DNA from: Eledone cirrhosa
Taxonomy: Eukaryota
Assembly (NCBI GenBank): GCA_964016885.1
Contig: OZ024750.1
Coordinates: 4,340,001 to 4,404,000, forward strand
DNA: 64,000 nucleotides
Reading direction: 5' to 3'
Shown in pieces: positions 1-13,296 of the stretch (positions are counted from its first letter, which is position 1; each line of letters starts with the position of its first letter). The notes below the pieces were generated by a model that made no database searches, was not told where the DNA came from, and was given only the letters and a program-made list of their open reading frames with translations. Position numbers and translations under genes: made by a program.

Positions 1-25
1 GATGATGATGATGATGATGATGATA

Positions 26-57
<32 letters not shown>

Positions 58-67
58 AATGATGATA

Positions 68-99
<32 letters not shown>

Positions 100-100
100 A

Positions 101-141
<41 letters not shown>

Positions 142-211
142 AATGATGATGATGATGATGATGATAATGATGATGATGATGATGATGATGATAATGATGA
201 TAATGATGATA

Positions 212-252
<41 letters not shown>

Positions 253-253
253 A

Positions 254-285
<32 letters not shown>

Positions 286-304
286 AATGATGATAATGAT
301 GATA

Positions 305-336
<32 letters not shown>

Positions 337-337
337 A

Positions 338-390
<53 letters not shown>

Positions 391-511
391 AATGATGATG
401 ATGATGATGATGATGATGATAATGATGATAATGATGATAATGATGATGATGATGATAATGATGATGATGATGATGATGATGATAATGATGATAATGATGA
501 TAATGATGATA

Positions 512-552
<41 letters not shown>

Positions 553-553
553 A

Positions 554-585
<32 letters not shown>

Positions 586-595
586 AATGATGATA

Positions 596-627
<32 letters not shown>

Positions 628-772
628 AATGATGATGATGATGATGATGATGATGATAATAATGATGATAATGATGATAATGATGATGATGATAATGATG
701 ATGATGATGATGATAATGATGATGATGATGATAATGATGATGATGATGATGATGATGATGATAATGATGATA

Positions 773-831
<59 letters not shown>

Positions 832-832
832 A

Positions 833-885
<53 letters not shown>

Positions 886-913
886 AATGATGATGATGAT
901 GATGATGATGATA

Positions 914-954
<41 letters not shown>

Positions 955-955
955 A

Positions 956-996
<41 letters not shown>

Positions 997-1021
997 AATG
1001 ATGATGATGATGATGATGATA

Positions 1022-1059
<38 letters not shown>

Positions 1060-1100
1060 AATGATGATGATAATGATGATGATGATGATGATGATGATGA
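1..1100. repeat. (GAT)n microsatellite interrupted by AAT units, about 1.1 kb, running off the window start
   Basis: Direct reading; the poly-Met ORF 2..1150 is its translation. Confidence 0.98.
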
Positions 1101-1303
1101 CCATGGTGGTGATGGTAATGGTGCACTATCATGCACGATCATCACCATAGTCATCATCATCATCATCATCATCGCCATAGTCATCTTCCTCAATTTCTCT
1201 TCCATTCCCTTCAGCGAGACTTTCAACTGATTCCAGATATGGAAGAAATGCAATAGTTCCTGCAATTTATAACACATACTTGTGTGGATGAATGGATATC
1301 TTT

Positions 1304-1413
<110 letters not shown>

Positions 1414-1557
1414 GAAGTATTTCCGTAGGAAGGGTAAAGGAAAGTAGAGTGCTCTATGTATGCAACAGAACTATTTAATTATGTAATAAACAACATAAGA
1501 CAATTATTCCATTAACCAAAGGTTTCTCGAAGACAGACGAGCTCAACAGAGACGTCT
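1414..1557 (-). mobile_element. Short dispersed repeat next to (TA)n; single-arm copy of the element that is palindromic at 8859-9081
   Basis: Near-identical to the reverse complement of about 8949-9081 and to the left arm 8859-8944. Confidence 0.85.
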
Positions 1558-1836
1558 ATGCACTATGCAGGATGGAAGAGGTCCTGTATCAGGCTCCGCA
1601 CCAGATGGCTGGGTATCATCAGAGAATATCCCCGAAGGCTCGACAACACCATGGAGAATGCAAATGAGATGGCATGGGACCGCAAGCGGTAGAGGGCGCT
1701 GGTGGACCTGGTCGGCTCTACACACGACGATCGCTGGCTTAGGATGATCCCGGCCTCGTAGAGCAAGGGCAAGAAGAAGAAGTAGTAGTAATAGTAGTAG
1801 TAGTAGTAGTAGTAGTAGTAGAAGAAGAAGAAGAAA

Positions 1837-1892
<56 letters not shown>

Positions 1893-1925
1893 ATAGTAGT
1901 AGTAATAGTAGTAGAAGAAGAATGT
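1558..1925 (+). mobile_element. 3' end of an RTE-clade LINE (decayed ORF C-terminus) with (AAG)/(TAG)n tail
   Basis: Reads GWKRSCIRLRTRWLGII...ENANEMAWDRKR*RALVDLVG, matching the RTE C-terminal pattern GWKRPRGRPRTRW...A.DR..WR.LV; a related piece lies on - at about 31510-31605. Confidence 0.7.
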
Positions 1926-2097
1926 ATTATGAATGAAAGCCGACAGCGAAGGCTGTGCCCTGCCAACCGAAATATAAATCACCAGACTGTGACAATAATG
2001 TCAAATGGGTGAATATATTTTACACACGATTCTCTCACCTCACCTTAAAAAATATGTCGGCCTCGAAGTCTCATTTCAGTTGAGAGAAAATTAAATA

Positions 2098-2275
2098 TAA
2101 TCGTTTCTACTTTTGGCACAAGGCCAGCAATTATCCCAGTGCATTACTGGTACTTTATTTTATCGACCCCCGTAAGGATGAAAGGCAAATTTAACCTCGG
2201 CGGATTTGAACTCAGATCATAAAGGGACGTAACTCTAAGCTTCAAAGCATGGCGTCAGACCCTCTACCAATACTG
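2098..2275 (-). mobile_element. tRNA-derived SINE family 1 (Nin-like domain), short-tail form
   Basis: Reverse complement contains B-box GAGTTCAAATCC, GCCTTTCATCCTTACGGGGGTCGATAAAA and tail GTAGAAAC. Confidence 0.9.
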
Positions 2276-2294
2276 ATATATAAATTAATAAAAC

Positions 2295-2725
2295 ATGCAC
2301 ACACACATATACACTCACATACACATACATACACATACACTTACATTTACATACACATACACATACACTTACATACACATACATACACATACACTTACAT
2401 TTACATACACATACACATACACTTACATACACATACATACACATACATACACATACATACACATACATACACACATTCATACACATACATACACTCACAT
2501 ATATAAATATATATACACACATATATATACACATCAGGCATTAACATTGATAAAATTATATATACACTCACACACACACTCACATACACATAAAGACACA
2601 CATACACATACATACACATACATACACATACATACACATACATACACATACTCACACACACACATACACATACACTCACATACGCATACATACACTCAGA
2701 TACATAAATATATATGCATATACAT
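2295..2725. repeat. Compound (CA/TACA/TACACA)n microsatellite
   Basis: Direct reading. Confidence 0.9.
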
Positions 2726-2739
2726 ATGATAACATTATT

Positions 2740-2923
2740 GAATTGGCAGTATCGGTAGAGGGTTGGACGCCATGCTTTGGTGCATAGAGTTACGGCCCTT
2801 GCCATTCTGAGTTCAAATCCCGCCGAGGTTAACTTTGCCTTTCATCCTTATGGGGTCGATAAAATAAAGTACCAGTAATGTACTGGATAATTGCTGGCCT
2901 TGTGCCAAAAGTAGAAACAATTA
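2740..2923 (+). mobile_element. SINE family 1 copy
   Basis: A-box-like TGGCAGTATCGGTAG, B-box GAGTTCAAATCC, Nin-like core, tail GTAGAAACAATTA. Confidence 0.92.
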
Positions 2924-3068
2924 TATATATACATTGATAACATTATATATACTCTCATATTCACCATATATAGCAGTTCCTCTACTTTCGCGAACTTGTG
3001 TCGCTAAAGTAGAGAAAGTTTGATAAATTGGCACCAAAGCGACACCAATTACTTTATAAAAGATAGAT

Positions 3069-3311
3069 CTTCTTAAAAGGTAAGCAGGAGCTATGTTGCT
3101 CGAATCTCTGTTCGAAGAAGGAGGAACCCTTTTGTGATGGGGGAACCTAGAGTATATGCAGCAACTTTCCCACCGATAAAATGATGTTTATGATCAGGGC
3201 CGTTTAAGGCTCTGTTCTTAAAAGGTAAGCAGGAAGGAACTGTGTGGCTCGAAGAAGTGCCCCTGTTCGATGGGAAGCCCAGAGTATTTGCAGCCACCGC
3301 CCCCGATAAAT
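3069..3311. repeat. Diverged tandem duplication, unit about 145 bp
   Basis: TTCTTAAAAGGTAAGCAGGA...AGAGTAT.TGCAGC...CCGATAAA occurs twice. Confidence 0.7.
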
Positions 3312-3319
3312 CCGGCCTC

Positions 3320-3605
3320 GGTTTGGATACCGGATGTTGCCGTTGTGATTTCTAGGACCGCGTGTTGCATTGTGTCCTTAAGCAAGACACTTTAATTCAT
3401 GTTGCTCCAGCTCAATCAGCTGAAGAAATAAGTTGCAACGTCACTGGTGCCAAAGCTGTGTCGGTGTTTGCCTTTCTCTTGGACAACACTGATGGCGTGG
3501 AGAGGTGGTGACGGTGGTGGCGCGGAGTGGTATGCCTAGGTGACTGCTGGTCTTCCATACACACTCTTACCTGGATTTGTGCCTAGGAAGGGGAAATTTC
3601 TAGGT
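3320..3605 (+). mobile_element. SINE family 2 (CCTTGAGCAAGACACTT core), diverged
   Basis: TGTGTCCTTAAGCAAGACACTTTAATTCATGTTGCTCCAG is shared with 26416-26735 and 60968-61085. Confidence 0.75.
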
Positions 3606-3616
3606 TCAAATCTCAA

Positions 3617-4040
<424 letters not shown>

Positions 4041-4946
4041 GTCTGACTTGTGCATTAATGTATGCATTTGATTTGCTTCTGAACTTATAACAATATGTGT
4101 GTCTGTTACAATTAATGTGTTTTGTTAGGAACGCAGTTGTCTACATTAGTGAATATATCGATTGATTGCTGAGGGATGCGCCTTTTTTCATGCCTAATTG
4201 ATAGTTCAATTATCAATAAATTATCAAGTAAAGATCAGGAAATTAAAATACAAACAACTCAATTAGCTACTGGATTGGAATGAAATCGACCTCAGTCGAT
4301 AAGTACGATGAGTGTTTCAGTTGTTCAACTAATGAACGGCGTTCTAGTGAAATTAACGTGGATGTCGTTGTACATTCCAAAGACTCGGATACCAGTAATA
4401 TAATTGGTTGTGTAACCTATTGTGCATCCGACGAGCTTCCAAACGGTTTCCGTCTACGTTATTTAATTCACATGGCACTAATTAACCCAAGGCTATGAGA
4501 AACGATGGTGACGTTAGGTGTCTGCCTGTTACTGGTACCATGTAACCCAGAACAGTTGAGTGGTCGGCGAATAAACCGGCTCCCCCACCAGACCAAGGTC
4601 GAGTGAGGAGGGTAAGTGGAACCCAAGCAACACAAAAGACAGGGTCTGTTAAATGGGCGGATGGACTCTTCAGAGTCAACAGCCATCCACCCCAACTATG
4701 GGTTAAATAGCTTCACCAACCCGCAATTGACCGAACGTGATATGGCTACAACCCTGACATGACCAAAACCAAACAGAAAATGGTGAAGGTCAACCAAGGA
4801 AAAGGGGTTCCTCTAATAGGAGTGAGAAGACCCTGGATTGGATGTTCAATAACATTTTCCCCGAGATGCCACACACTGGTATTGAACCCGGGACCTATTG
4901 AACTCTTTAACCATTCAGTCACTCTATGTCCACGGTTGCTGGATTA

Positions 4947-5373
4947 ATAATTGTTTCGACTTTAGGCACAAGGCCAGCAATTTAAAGTGGAGAAGGGGGG
5001 AAAGTCTTAAATCGATCCCAGTGTATTACTGATACTTTATTTTATCCACCTCGTAAGGATGAAAGGCAAAGCTAACTTCAGCGGGATTTGAACTCAGAAC
5101 GTAAAGGGCTGTACCTCTATGCTAAAAACATTATCCGGCGCTCTACCGGAACTGCTAGTCCACCGCCCTGGCTGCTGAATCAATAATTGTTTCTACTTTT
5201 GGCACAAGGCCATCAATTAATCCAGTGTATTACTGGTACTTTATTTTATCGACCTCGTGAGGATGAAAGGCAAAGTTAACCTCGGCGGGATTTGAACTCA
5301 GACCATAAGGGCCGTAACTCTTTGCTTCAAAGCATGGCGTCCGACCCTCTACCGATACTGCCAATCCACCGCC
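4947..5373 (-). mobile_element. Two tandem SINE family 1 copies (long-tail 4947-5168, short-tail 5183-5373)
   Basis: Both reverse-complement to the family consensus; similar GCTG(A/G)AT(T/C)AATAAT flanks suggest target duplications. Confidence 0.9.
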
Positions 5374-5908
5374 ATTTGCGAATCCACCGTCCAATCCACT
5401 GCTGAATTAATAATAGACTCTTACTTTAATTTACTACGTAGATAATTAATATCTTACCTTAATTTGCTACATAGCGGAAATAAAAAAAATGCTAAGCGAC
5501 ATTTTACAATTAACTAATAATTGTAATGGCAAATCAGACGACCTACCGACTTTTACAAATGAATTATCTGTCTGAATTGTCAATATATTTGGATATATTT
5601 TTTAAAAATACCATAATATAGTTTTGTTATTAGATATATACTTGTTTTATGTGTTTGTTTCTGTTTCATTATATTTTGTTTTCTTTTACTAATGTCTACA
5701 TTAATATATACATTAATATATTATCTTCTTCGCTAATATACTTTAAACAATCACTCCCATAACGATGGTTTTCCATTAGTAATTGGAATTAGAGATGATT
5801 AGTCGATATAGACGCTAGCGTAATTGTCTGAGAAAATGGAAAAGAATAAAAAGGAAAAAACAAAAAAAAAATGGGGAAAAAGTTAAGCATACATTACATG
5901 ACATGCAC

Positions 5909-5986
<78 letters not shown>

Positions 5987-6031
5987 GTACTCCCTGTTCG
6001 ATTCCACGTTGTTTTTTTTGTTTACTATTTC

Positions 6032-6100
<69 letters not shown>

Positions 6101-6350
6101 TAAATATTAATATATATATATATACACATGTGTTCACGCGTGAAGACGTCGTTCATACAAGCACATACATACGCAGGTTGCTAAATGATATGTATACTGA
6201 CTGATATATGAATATTGTGGATAAGAAGTTTACTTTGCAACCACGTGATTCCGTGTTCGAACCTGCTACAGTGTCTTTATATTATACCCTTGGGCATATG
6301 TATCTATATGTGTGTATGTGCGTGTATGCGTCGAGGGAACCTATCATGTA

Positions 6351-6387
<37 letters not shown>

Positions 6388-6389
<2 letters not shown>

Positions 6390-6562
6390 CTTCGTTTTTG
6401 AATTTATTTTGCAAGATTTCTTATCTGAAAACGAGTGTTGAAACAGATATTATTATACTTTGGGAGGGTGATGCTGGCAATAAAAACACACGCACCTGTT
6501 GGATTTCACTTCAATTTATTATAATAAATTGGGCAGCATGACCCTCCCAAAGTATAACAATA
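6388..6562 (-). mobile_element. Truncated, partly inverted copy of the element family at 48861-49420, inside (TA)n
   Basis: Matches the reverse complement of about 49290-49416; TATACTTTGGGAGGGT(G/C)ATGCTG is inverted against CAGCATGACCCTCCCAAAGTATA. Confidence 0.85.
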
Positions 6563-6573
6563 TATACATACAC

Positions 6574-6664
<91 letters not shown>

Positions 6665-7151
6665 AATATATTGAGAAACACACAGATACATGCGGACACA
6701 CACATATACATGAATATATCCACATCCATCCCTGAGTTAATGGTGCCAACCTTAACCGATGTTGCTCTATGAATAACTGGGACAGACCAATTCGAATGGA
6801 TTAGACTGAACCAGTATCAGAGCTAAAAGTACATTATGAAGAGAGAAGAAACATTTAGATATAATTAGTAATAAAATGTATCATACCTAAACTGCTTCTA
6901 GATTCCTCGACTACCTAGTTTCGTGGCATAAACAAAAACAATACATCATAAGGATACCTCGTTTTACTAGCCTCAAGAACGCGTCTATATGACGTGAGAA
7001 AGAATCCCAAAAGGCGGAGGGGGAGACAGTCACGTGATACAACGGTCAAGAAACAGAGTTAAGCCCCTTATAACCCCGAAAAAAATACCACGGAGGCGGA
7101 GGGGGTATTTATCCCGAAGCCGTAGAAGAGGTAGTAAAGAAGGCGAGAAGA

Positions 7152-7190
<39 letters not shown>

Positions 7191-7499
7191 AATTTTTCCT
7201 AACACAACCCTACTCAACAAAAATACAAGTCTAAACTAGCCATATATATCTATATATATATATATGTGAGTGCGTTTATGTGTGTTTGTGTATGTATGTA
7301 ATAATTATTTATGCCCATTATCCTGTACACTGGAAAATGTAAGAGAAATTTTATATAGATATAACTACAGGTTTTACTTATAAACCTCGATCTAAAAACA
7401 AACAAGTGGAAGCACGTTTTTTTTATTCTCTTCGTCCACAGAAAAACGTAAGATATTGTTTTTACGTGTTGCAAAGCTAGTTGGCTTTTTATCAGAAGT

Positions 7500-7785
7500 C
7501 TAGTAACCTTATGCTTCCATACACGAAGTGGATTCATAGCAGTCACTATCAATCTCGTATGTCAAACACAAGCTGGAACGGAAGCGGGAACAAAATAATG
7601 TTTTTTCACTCAGAATTGTTCCATCCAAGCTACCCCAAAACGGTTCAAGTTGAGCTTTGTAACATTTCACAAAAATATAAATAATTCTCCAAATTCAGAG
7701 ATCACAGCTCCGATACTATGGACATGTGGTTAAAATGTCTCAGGAAAGAATCACTGGACATATTTTACTGGCAAAACGAACCGGT
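7500..7785 (+). pseudogene. Decayed RTE-like reverse transcriptase C-terminal fragment
   Basis: About 7697-7775 reads RSQLRYYGHVVKMSQERITGHILLAK, matching the RTE motif QLRW.GHV.RM...R....L. Confidence 0.5.
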
Positions 7786-8013
7786 TCTTTACGTCCTGTA
7801 AAGTTCAAATCTCGCCCAGGTCAGCTTTACCTTTCATCCTTACGGGGTCGATAAAATAAAGTACCAGTAATGTACTGGTTAATTGCTGGCCTTGTGCCAA
7901 AAGTTGAAACAATTATAATAAAGTACCAGTAACACTCTGGAGGTTGATTCAATCGACATTTCTTTCCTTCGCCCAAAATTGTGAGCCTTGTGCCTAAAGT
8001 AGAAACAATTATT
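7780..8013 (+). mobile_element. SINE family 1, 5'-truncated copy followed by a second tail
   Basis: B-box, Nin-like core, two GTACCAGTAA...GAAACAATTAT tails. Confidence 0.85.
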
Positions 8014-8413
8014 GCTACTCAATACTGTGATACAGCAACAATACAGCACATCTTTCACATTTCTTCTAAATATGCTGCATCGAAATATTTCTAACTCCAG
8101 ATTATTTTTATTGTATTAATCTATATCTTCCTGTGAAGGCGCCTCCGTGATTGCTATTGACTGTCCTTCATCTCTCGAATCACTACTGATTAATTTCGAC
8201 CGAATTTCTTGTTAATTTCTTTCAGTTACTCTCGTCTGACGACAGAATGTCTCACCGATATATTTAAATATTTAAACTACATTTTCAGACTTCCACAATT
8301 TGCATTCGAGAATTAAAAAAAATTTTTTTTATTAAAACCCAAACACTATTGAAACATAAACACAGGTGTTATATCACCATAACTGAAATATAGACATTAT
8401 TGAATCATAAACA

Positions 8414-8600
8414 GGGCGGTGGATTGGCAGTATCGGTAGAGGGTCGGACACCATGCTTTCCAGCATAGTTACCTCCCTTTACGATCTGAGTTCAAATACC
8501 GCCGAGGTTGACTTTGCCTTTCATCCTTATGGGGTCGATAAAATAAAGTACCAGTAATGCACTGGGTAATTGCTGGCCTTGTGCCTAAAGTAGAAACAAT
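8414..8600 (+). mobile_element. Full-length SINE family 1 with about 17-bp target-site duplication
   Basis: TTATTGAATCATAAACA on both sides (about 8397-8413 and 8600-8616). Confidence 0.93.
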
Positions 8601-8664
8601 TATTGAATCATAAACATTATTGAAATATATACTAGTTCGTTGGAAATACACCTGTTATGTTTAA

Positions 8665-8800
8665 ATACTCTACGGTTCCCGATCAGAAGGTTATGAGTTC
8701 GGTTCTTGGTGGCACCTTGAGCCCTTGAGCAAGACACTTTATTTCACATTGCTTCTGTTTGCTCAGCTGAAAATGAATGCCTGCAGTGGCTGGGAATTAG
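8665..8800 (+). mobile_element. SINE family 2 fragment
   Basis: GGTTATGAGTTCGGTTC...CCTTGAGCAAGACACTTTATTTCACATTGCT. Confidence 0.75.
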
Positions 8801-8858
8801 CCCAGCCATGGACACACACACACACACACACACACATACACACACATATATATATAAA

Positions 8859-9081
8859 TATTTAATTATGTAATAAACAACATAAGACAATTATTCCATT
8901 TACCAAAGGTTTCACGAAGTCCGACGAGCTCAACAGAGACGTCTGAAATCTGTTGAGCTCGTCTGTCTTCGCGAAACATTTGGTAAATGGAATAATTGTC
9001 TTATGTTGTTTATTACATAATTAAATAGCTCTGTAGCATAGAGCACTCTCCTTTCCTTTACCCTTCCTACGGAAATACTTC
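8859..9081. mobile_element. Fold-back element in CA/TA microsatellite: 79-bp imperfect arms (8859-8937 / 8949-9027), 11-nt loop, right arm extended
   Basis: Arms paired by eye; same family as 1414-1557. Confidence 0.9.
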
Positions 9082-9361
9082 ATATATATATATATATATA
9101 TATATACCCGCAGATATTGTACTCCAGACAATTTTTTCAGTGATTATTTATAGTGATCAATTATTATTAAGGTCATTTACATTGGGATGTGCATATTCTA
9201 AATTTCATATATATATATGTATATATTCTTCCTTTATATACCTCAGAAATGTGTGATTAACAGAGCAGTAAGCTGTTTTATCATTTTATATTTTTGCCTT
9301 ATATAATTTGAATTGCCTTCGCACGATTAACCATCCTTCCTTTATTTGTATAAACATACAG

Positions 9362-9452
<91 letters not shown>

Positions 9453-9731
9453 CCCTCACTCAGTCATATACATACAACACATGACTATACATACATGAGC
9501 GTCTGTCTGTGTAAGAAAGAAAGAAAAAGCAATAAAATCATAAAAACATATTCATTGTAGTTGTTTTTGTCCTACAAAATATTCCCCGACTCTTTGCTTG
9601 TATACGCATTTCTTTGTACGGGTTGTTCTTTGTTCTTAAATCCATATGGGATCGATAAAATACAAATTCCAGTAACGCACTGGAGTCTATTTAATCGACT
9701 TTACTCCCACTCCTCCAAAATTGCTGGAAAC

Positions 9732-9768
<37 letters not shown>

Positions 9769-10426
9769 GTTCTTTGAGTCTCAGTCATCGATGTTATTTA
9801 ACTGAAAAGTTTGTTGAAATGAATATCAAGCCGCTACCTGCAGCCTCAGATATTCAGGACGTATCGGAGGGTTCTTGCTGGTCCCAGCAAGCATGCCTTT
9901 TGAAGTATTCCAAAAAGCGGGGCTGGACTAATCTTCTTTAACCATCCTTGGAAACTCTTTGAGATAGTACCTAGTGCTCCTATGACAATCGGGACGACCT
10001 TGACTTCATGGCATTTCCAAATCCTTTTTAACTCCCACTTTAAATCCTGGTATCGGTTAATTTTCTCCCTCTCCTTTTCTTGCACTCTCGTGTCAAATGG
10101 GCAGGCTACATCTACAATCAGGCACGATCTTTTTTCCTTGTCCAATACCACCAGGTCAGGCCTATTGTGTTCTAATTTCTTGTCCGTCTGTATCCTAAAA
10201 TCCCATAGCACCTTCACCTGATCGTTTTCTATCACCGACTCTGGCTTATGCTCATACCACTTCTCAGAATGTGGTAAATTGTTTACTTTGCATAGATGCC
10301 AGTGGATCACCCTGCCTATCACATCATGTCTCCAGTCTTTATGGTGAGTCTGGGCTAGTTGTTTACACTCGGATACAATGTGAGCCACAGTCTCCTCTCT
10401 CTCTCCACAGAATCCTACACAGTGAG
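9769..10426 (-). mobile_element. 5'-truncated R4/Dong-clade non-LTR retrotransposon: CCHC knuckle plus restriction-like endonuclease plus 3' UTR, inside (TAA)n
   Basis: ORF 9846-10388: HIVSEC..RHD..WYEHKPE..LWDFRIQTD..HNRPDLVV..IVDVACPFD..EKI.RYQDL..PIVIGALG; a frameshift just upstream restores CRFCGE.EETVAH; (TTA)n at 9732-9768 and 10427-10460. Confidence 0.92.
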
Positions 10427-10939
10427 ATTATTATTATCATTATTATTATTATTATTATTAAGATGTTTTGTCATATCTTTCTGGATTTATGAAATGAAAC
10501 TGCATGAAAATATCTATTTTAAATTTATTTTTATGCCCTACGTCTTAAAAAAACTTTGATGTCTCCCCATACGGAGTTCAGACGAAAAAAATAATAAAAA
10601 GGTTTGTTTTTAGACAAAATATTTATATTTTATCTACACACATGCACAATAGGGCCACGTGAAAATATTAACTAAATAATAATAATGAAGGGGAACATAA
10701 TTCTACGGAGTTTGAACACATGGAAAATAAAAGAAGAAAACCAACAAAGATATTTTATAGCAGAAAACATATTTTTAAAGAAATAATACTTCTATAGATA
10801 TTAACATTAAGGTAAAAAAAATTCCAGCAACACGTTTGACAACAATAAATAGCAACAACAACACTCACATATTTTTGCTATACAAAAATAATTCTGAAAT
10901 GTCAAACAGTGGAAAGTAGCCTTGGTCGATATGCAGCAT

Positions 10940-11110
10940 GTGATCTTCTATATTAAGTGTAGAAGGCTATATGGAATTTTAGGTTTCCTGTTTAAAATTA
11001 TAGATATGGAGAGGAGTCAAGCTGGGCTAGTGCACCAAACGTGTGGCCATAGTCAAGTTTCTTAATATATGGTGCAAAAAGGAGTCCATATCATGTGAAA
11101 GGGAGACTCT
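10940..11110 (-). pseudogene. Possible highly decayed Tc1/mariner transposase C-terminus
   Basis: Minus strand agcccagcttgactcctctccat gives S-P-(fs)-L-T-P-L-H, resembling SPDLTPLD; many stops. Confidence 0.3.
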
Positions 11111-11326
11111 CTCTGGTGTGACAAACTCTGTTCATATTCTATAAAACAGAAGCATATTCTACAAGAATGCAACATCGCCTTCTCGTAAAATCTACGAATG
11201 CTTTAATATGGAGTTTTAATTCTCCCCAAATCAATTTTCATCTTTCTCAATCCCGGTCAACTGCCTCACCTATTGTCCAAAGGAAATTTGTAGCTTTGTG
11301 TCAATGTTAGAATTTATTGTTATTAC

Positions 11327-11492
11327 GGTGGTTTGGCAGTATCAGTAGAGCGTCGGACACTGTGCTTTGTGGCATAGAGTTACGGCCCTTTACGTTCTGA
11401 GTTCAAATCTCACCGAGGTTAGCTTTGCCTTTCATCCGTACGGGGTGGACAAAATAAAGTACCAGTAACGAACTGGAGTCGATTTAATCGAC
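11327..11492 (+). mobile_element. SINE family 1 (long form), tail replaced by a minisatellite
   Basis: Head, B-box and core present; ends at GTCGATTTAATCGACT. Confidence 0.88.
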
Positions 11493-11820
11493 TCTCTGGA
11501 GCTAAAGACACACGTATCCGAGGTCATAGTCAACAATGTCATAACTCTCCAGAGGTAAAGTCACATGTATCTGAGGTCGTAGTCAACAATGTCATAACTC
11601 TCCAGAGGTATTGACACACGTATCCGAGGTCATAATCAACAATGTCATAACTCTCTAGAGGTATTGACGCATGTATCCGAGGTCGTAGTCAACAATGTCA
11701 TAACTCTCCAGAGGTAAAGTCACATGTATCCGAGGTCATAGTCAACAATGTCATAACTCTCCGGAGGTAAAGACACACGTATCCGAGGTCATAGTCAACA
11801 ATGTCATAACTCTCCGGAGA
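11493..11820. repeat. 53-bp minisatellite, about 6 copies
   Basis: Unit CTCCAGAGGTAAAGTCACATGTATCCGAGGTCATAGTCAACAATGTCATAACT. Confidence 0.95.
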
Positions 11821-12508
11821 AACCAAAATGTTTTGTGATACTTTACGCGAATGGAAGTCTCTCCAACTTTTAAAATAATATTTTAAAACATATGAACAAA
11901 TGAAATGCGAAAACAACATTAAAATGTCAGACATTATTTCTGCTTTGTTAAAACATTTTATTTCGTCTCCGTTCAGAATTATTGTAATATTTTCTTTTGA
12001 AGTAATGTATTCCATTAGATGTATATTTTTAGTTTTATTTTATTTTTCTAAAAAAATCCCTGCAGATAAAATTAATATCATTTTCTTATGCGGACATGGC
12101 ACGCATCTCCAGAGAATATTAATAATATGATGACGTTACACGCGAAATATTGAAGTTAGGAATATAACAACATGAACGACTATAAGAACATTTGTTATTT
12201 CAACTGTTTTCAGTCAAAATAAAAGGGCATTAAAACAATATAACGATGTAGCACAAAGCTAAATTACATAATTCATGGCCTGCTCTGCAGCTGCTGTGGA
12301 AGTCGTGTTCGAATTCTCTTGTGAATAATTTAGATTTTAGATTTTTATTTTATCAATTTAGTCATTCAGTGATAATATAATATATACTAGTGTACATGTA
12401 GGGAATAATTGTTGAAATGCTAGGTTGGCCATCTCTGACATATGTCGTTAGCAATGTGATCTAAACAAAATACAGCTTCATGTTGAGGACGGTGGATAAT
12501 AGATTAAG

Positions 12509-12853
12509 TACGAGGGTCGACTAAAAAGTTCATAAGATGATCAAGATACTCTCATGGAATGACCAAATGAGTTGATTTTTCAACATAGTCCCTGGAGAGA
12601 AACTATGAAGTTATTAATAAGAAGAACTGAAATTAATGCATGCAGAATTTCACAGCCCTAGCATCACTCTTTCATAGGCTGACCAAGATACTCTCATGGA
12701 ATGATTAAATGAGGTTGATTTTTGCAGCATAGTCCCTGGAGAGAAGCAATGCAGTTATTGATAAGAAGAACTGAAATTAATGAATGCTGGATTTCACAGC
12801 GCTAGCATCACTCCTTCATAATCAGCTTATGAAATTTGCAGCCGGCCTTCGTA
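12509..12853. mobile_element. Non-autonomous mariner-type MITE with TA target sites and an internal ~140-bp duplication
   Basis: ta|CGAGGGTCGACTAAAAAGTTCATA ... TATGAAATTTGCAGCCGGCCTTCG|ta; the same terminus occurs at 36063 and 55807. Confidence 0.85.
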
Positions 12854-13296
12854 CAGTGATGGACGAAATGCCTTCTGGTATTTTGTTTCGTTTCTTTATG
12901 CTTCTGATATCGAATTCCACCAAAGTAGCCACAATGACATCCAAGATACCAGTCCAATCCAGTCCAGACCAGGCCAGGGTGTTGGCGAGGGTGTATAGCT
13001 GTTGACTTTGCAGTATCTGTTCCCGTATCCAATCACCACATAACTGAGACCCAGTTTATTAAAATAAACTCCGGCCAAACCTCGTACGAAATTCAACTTC
13101 ATAAGAGGCCAGCTAGACCTACATAGGTGCGAAGGTGAACCGTATCAACAACATGAAGAAATGTTCCCCAAACATTGCCGAAACTATGAAATCTTGGAAG
13201 AAAAATGTGTACAATTGCGCCAGCCATCAATATCGCAGTCCTACACGAAGAGAAAGCAGCTCTCAGACCGGAAACCATCAACCAGGAACATCTTAA

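Noticed and set aside
2-1150. 382-aa poly-Met ORF and the many YI/TH/CV/SL-repeat ORFs across the window
   Set aside because: They are translations of microsatellites that lack stop codons; there is no coding signal.
3069-3311. Repeated AG|GTAAG splice-donor-like sites
   Set aside because: They are part of a local duplication; no plausible exon ORF or acceptor was found.
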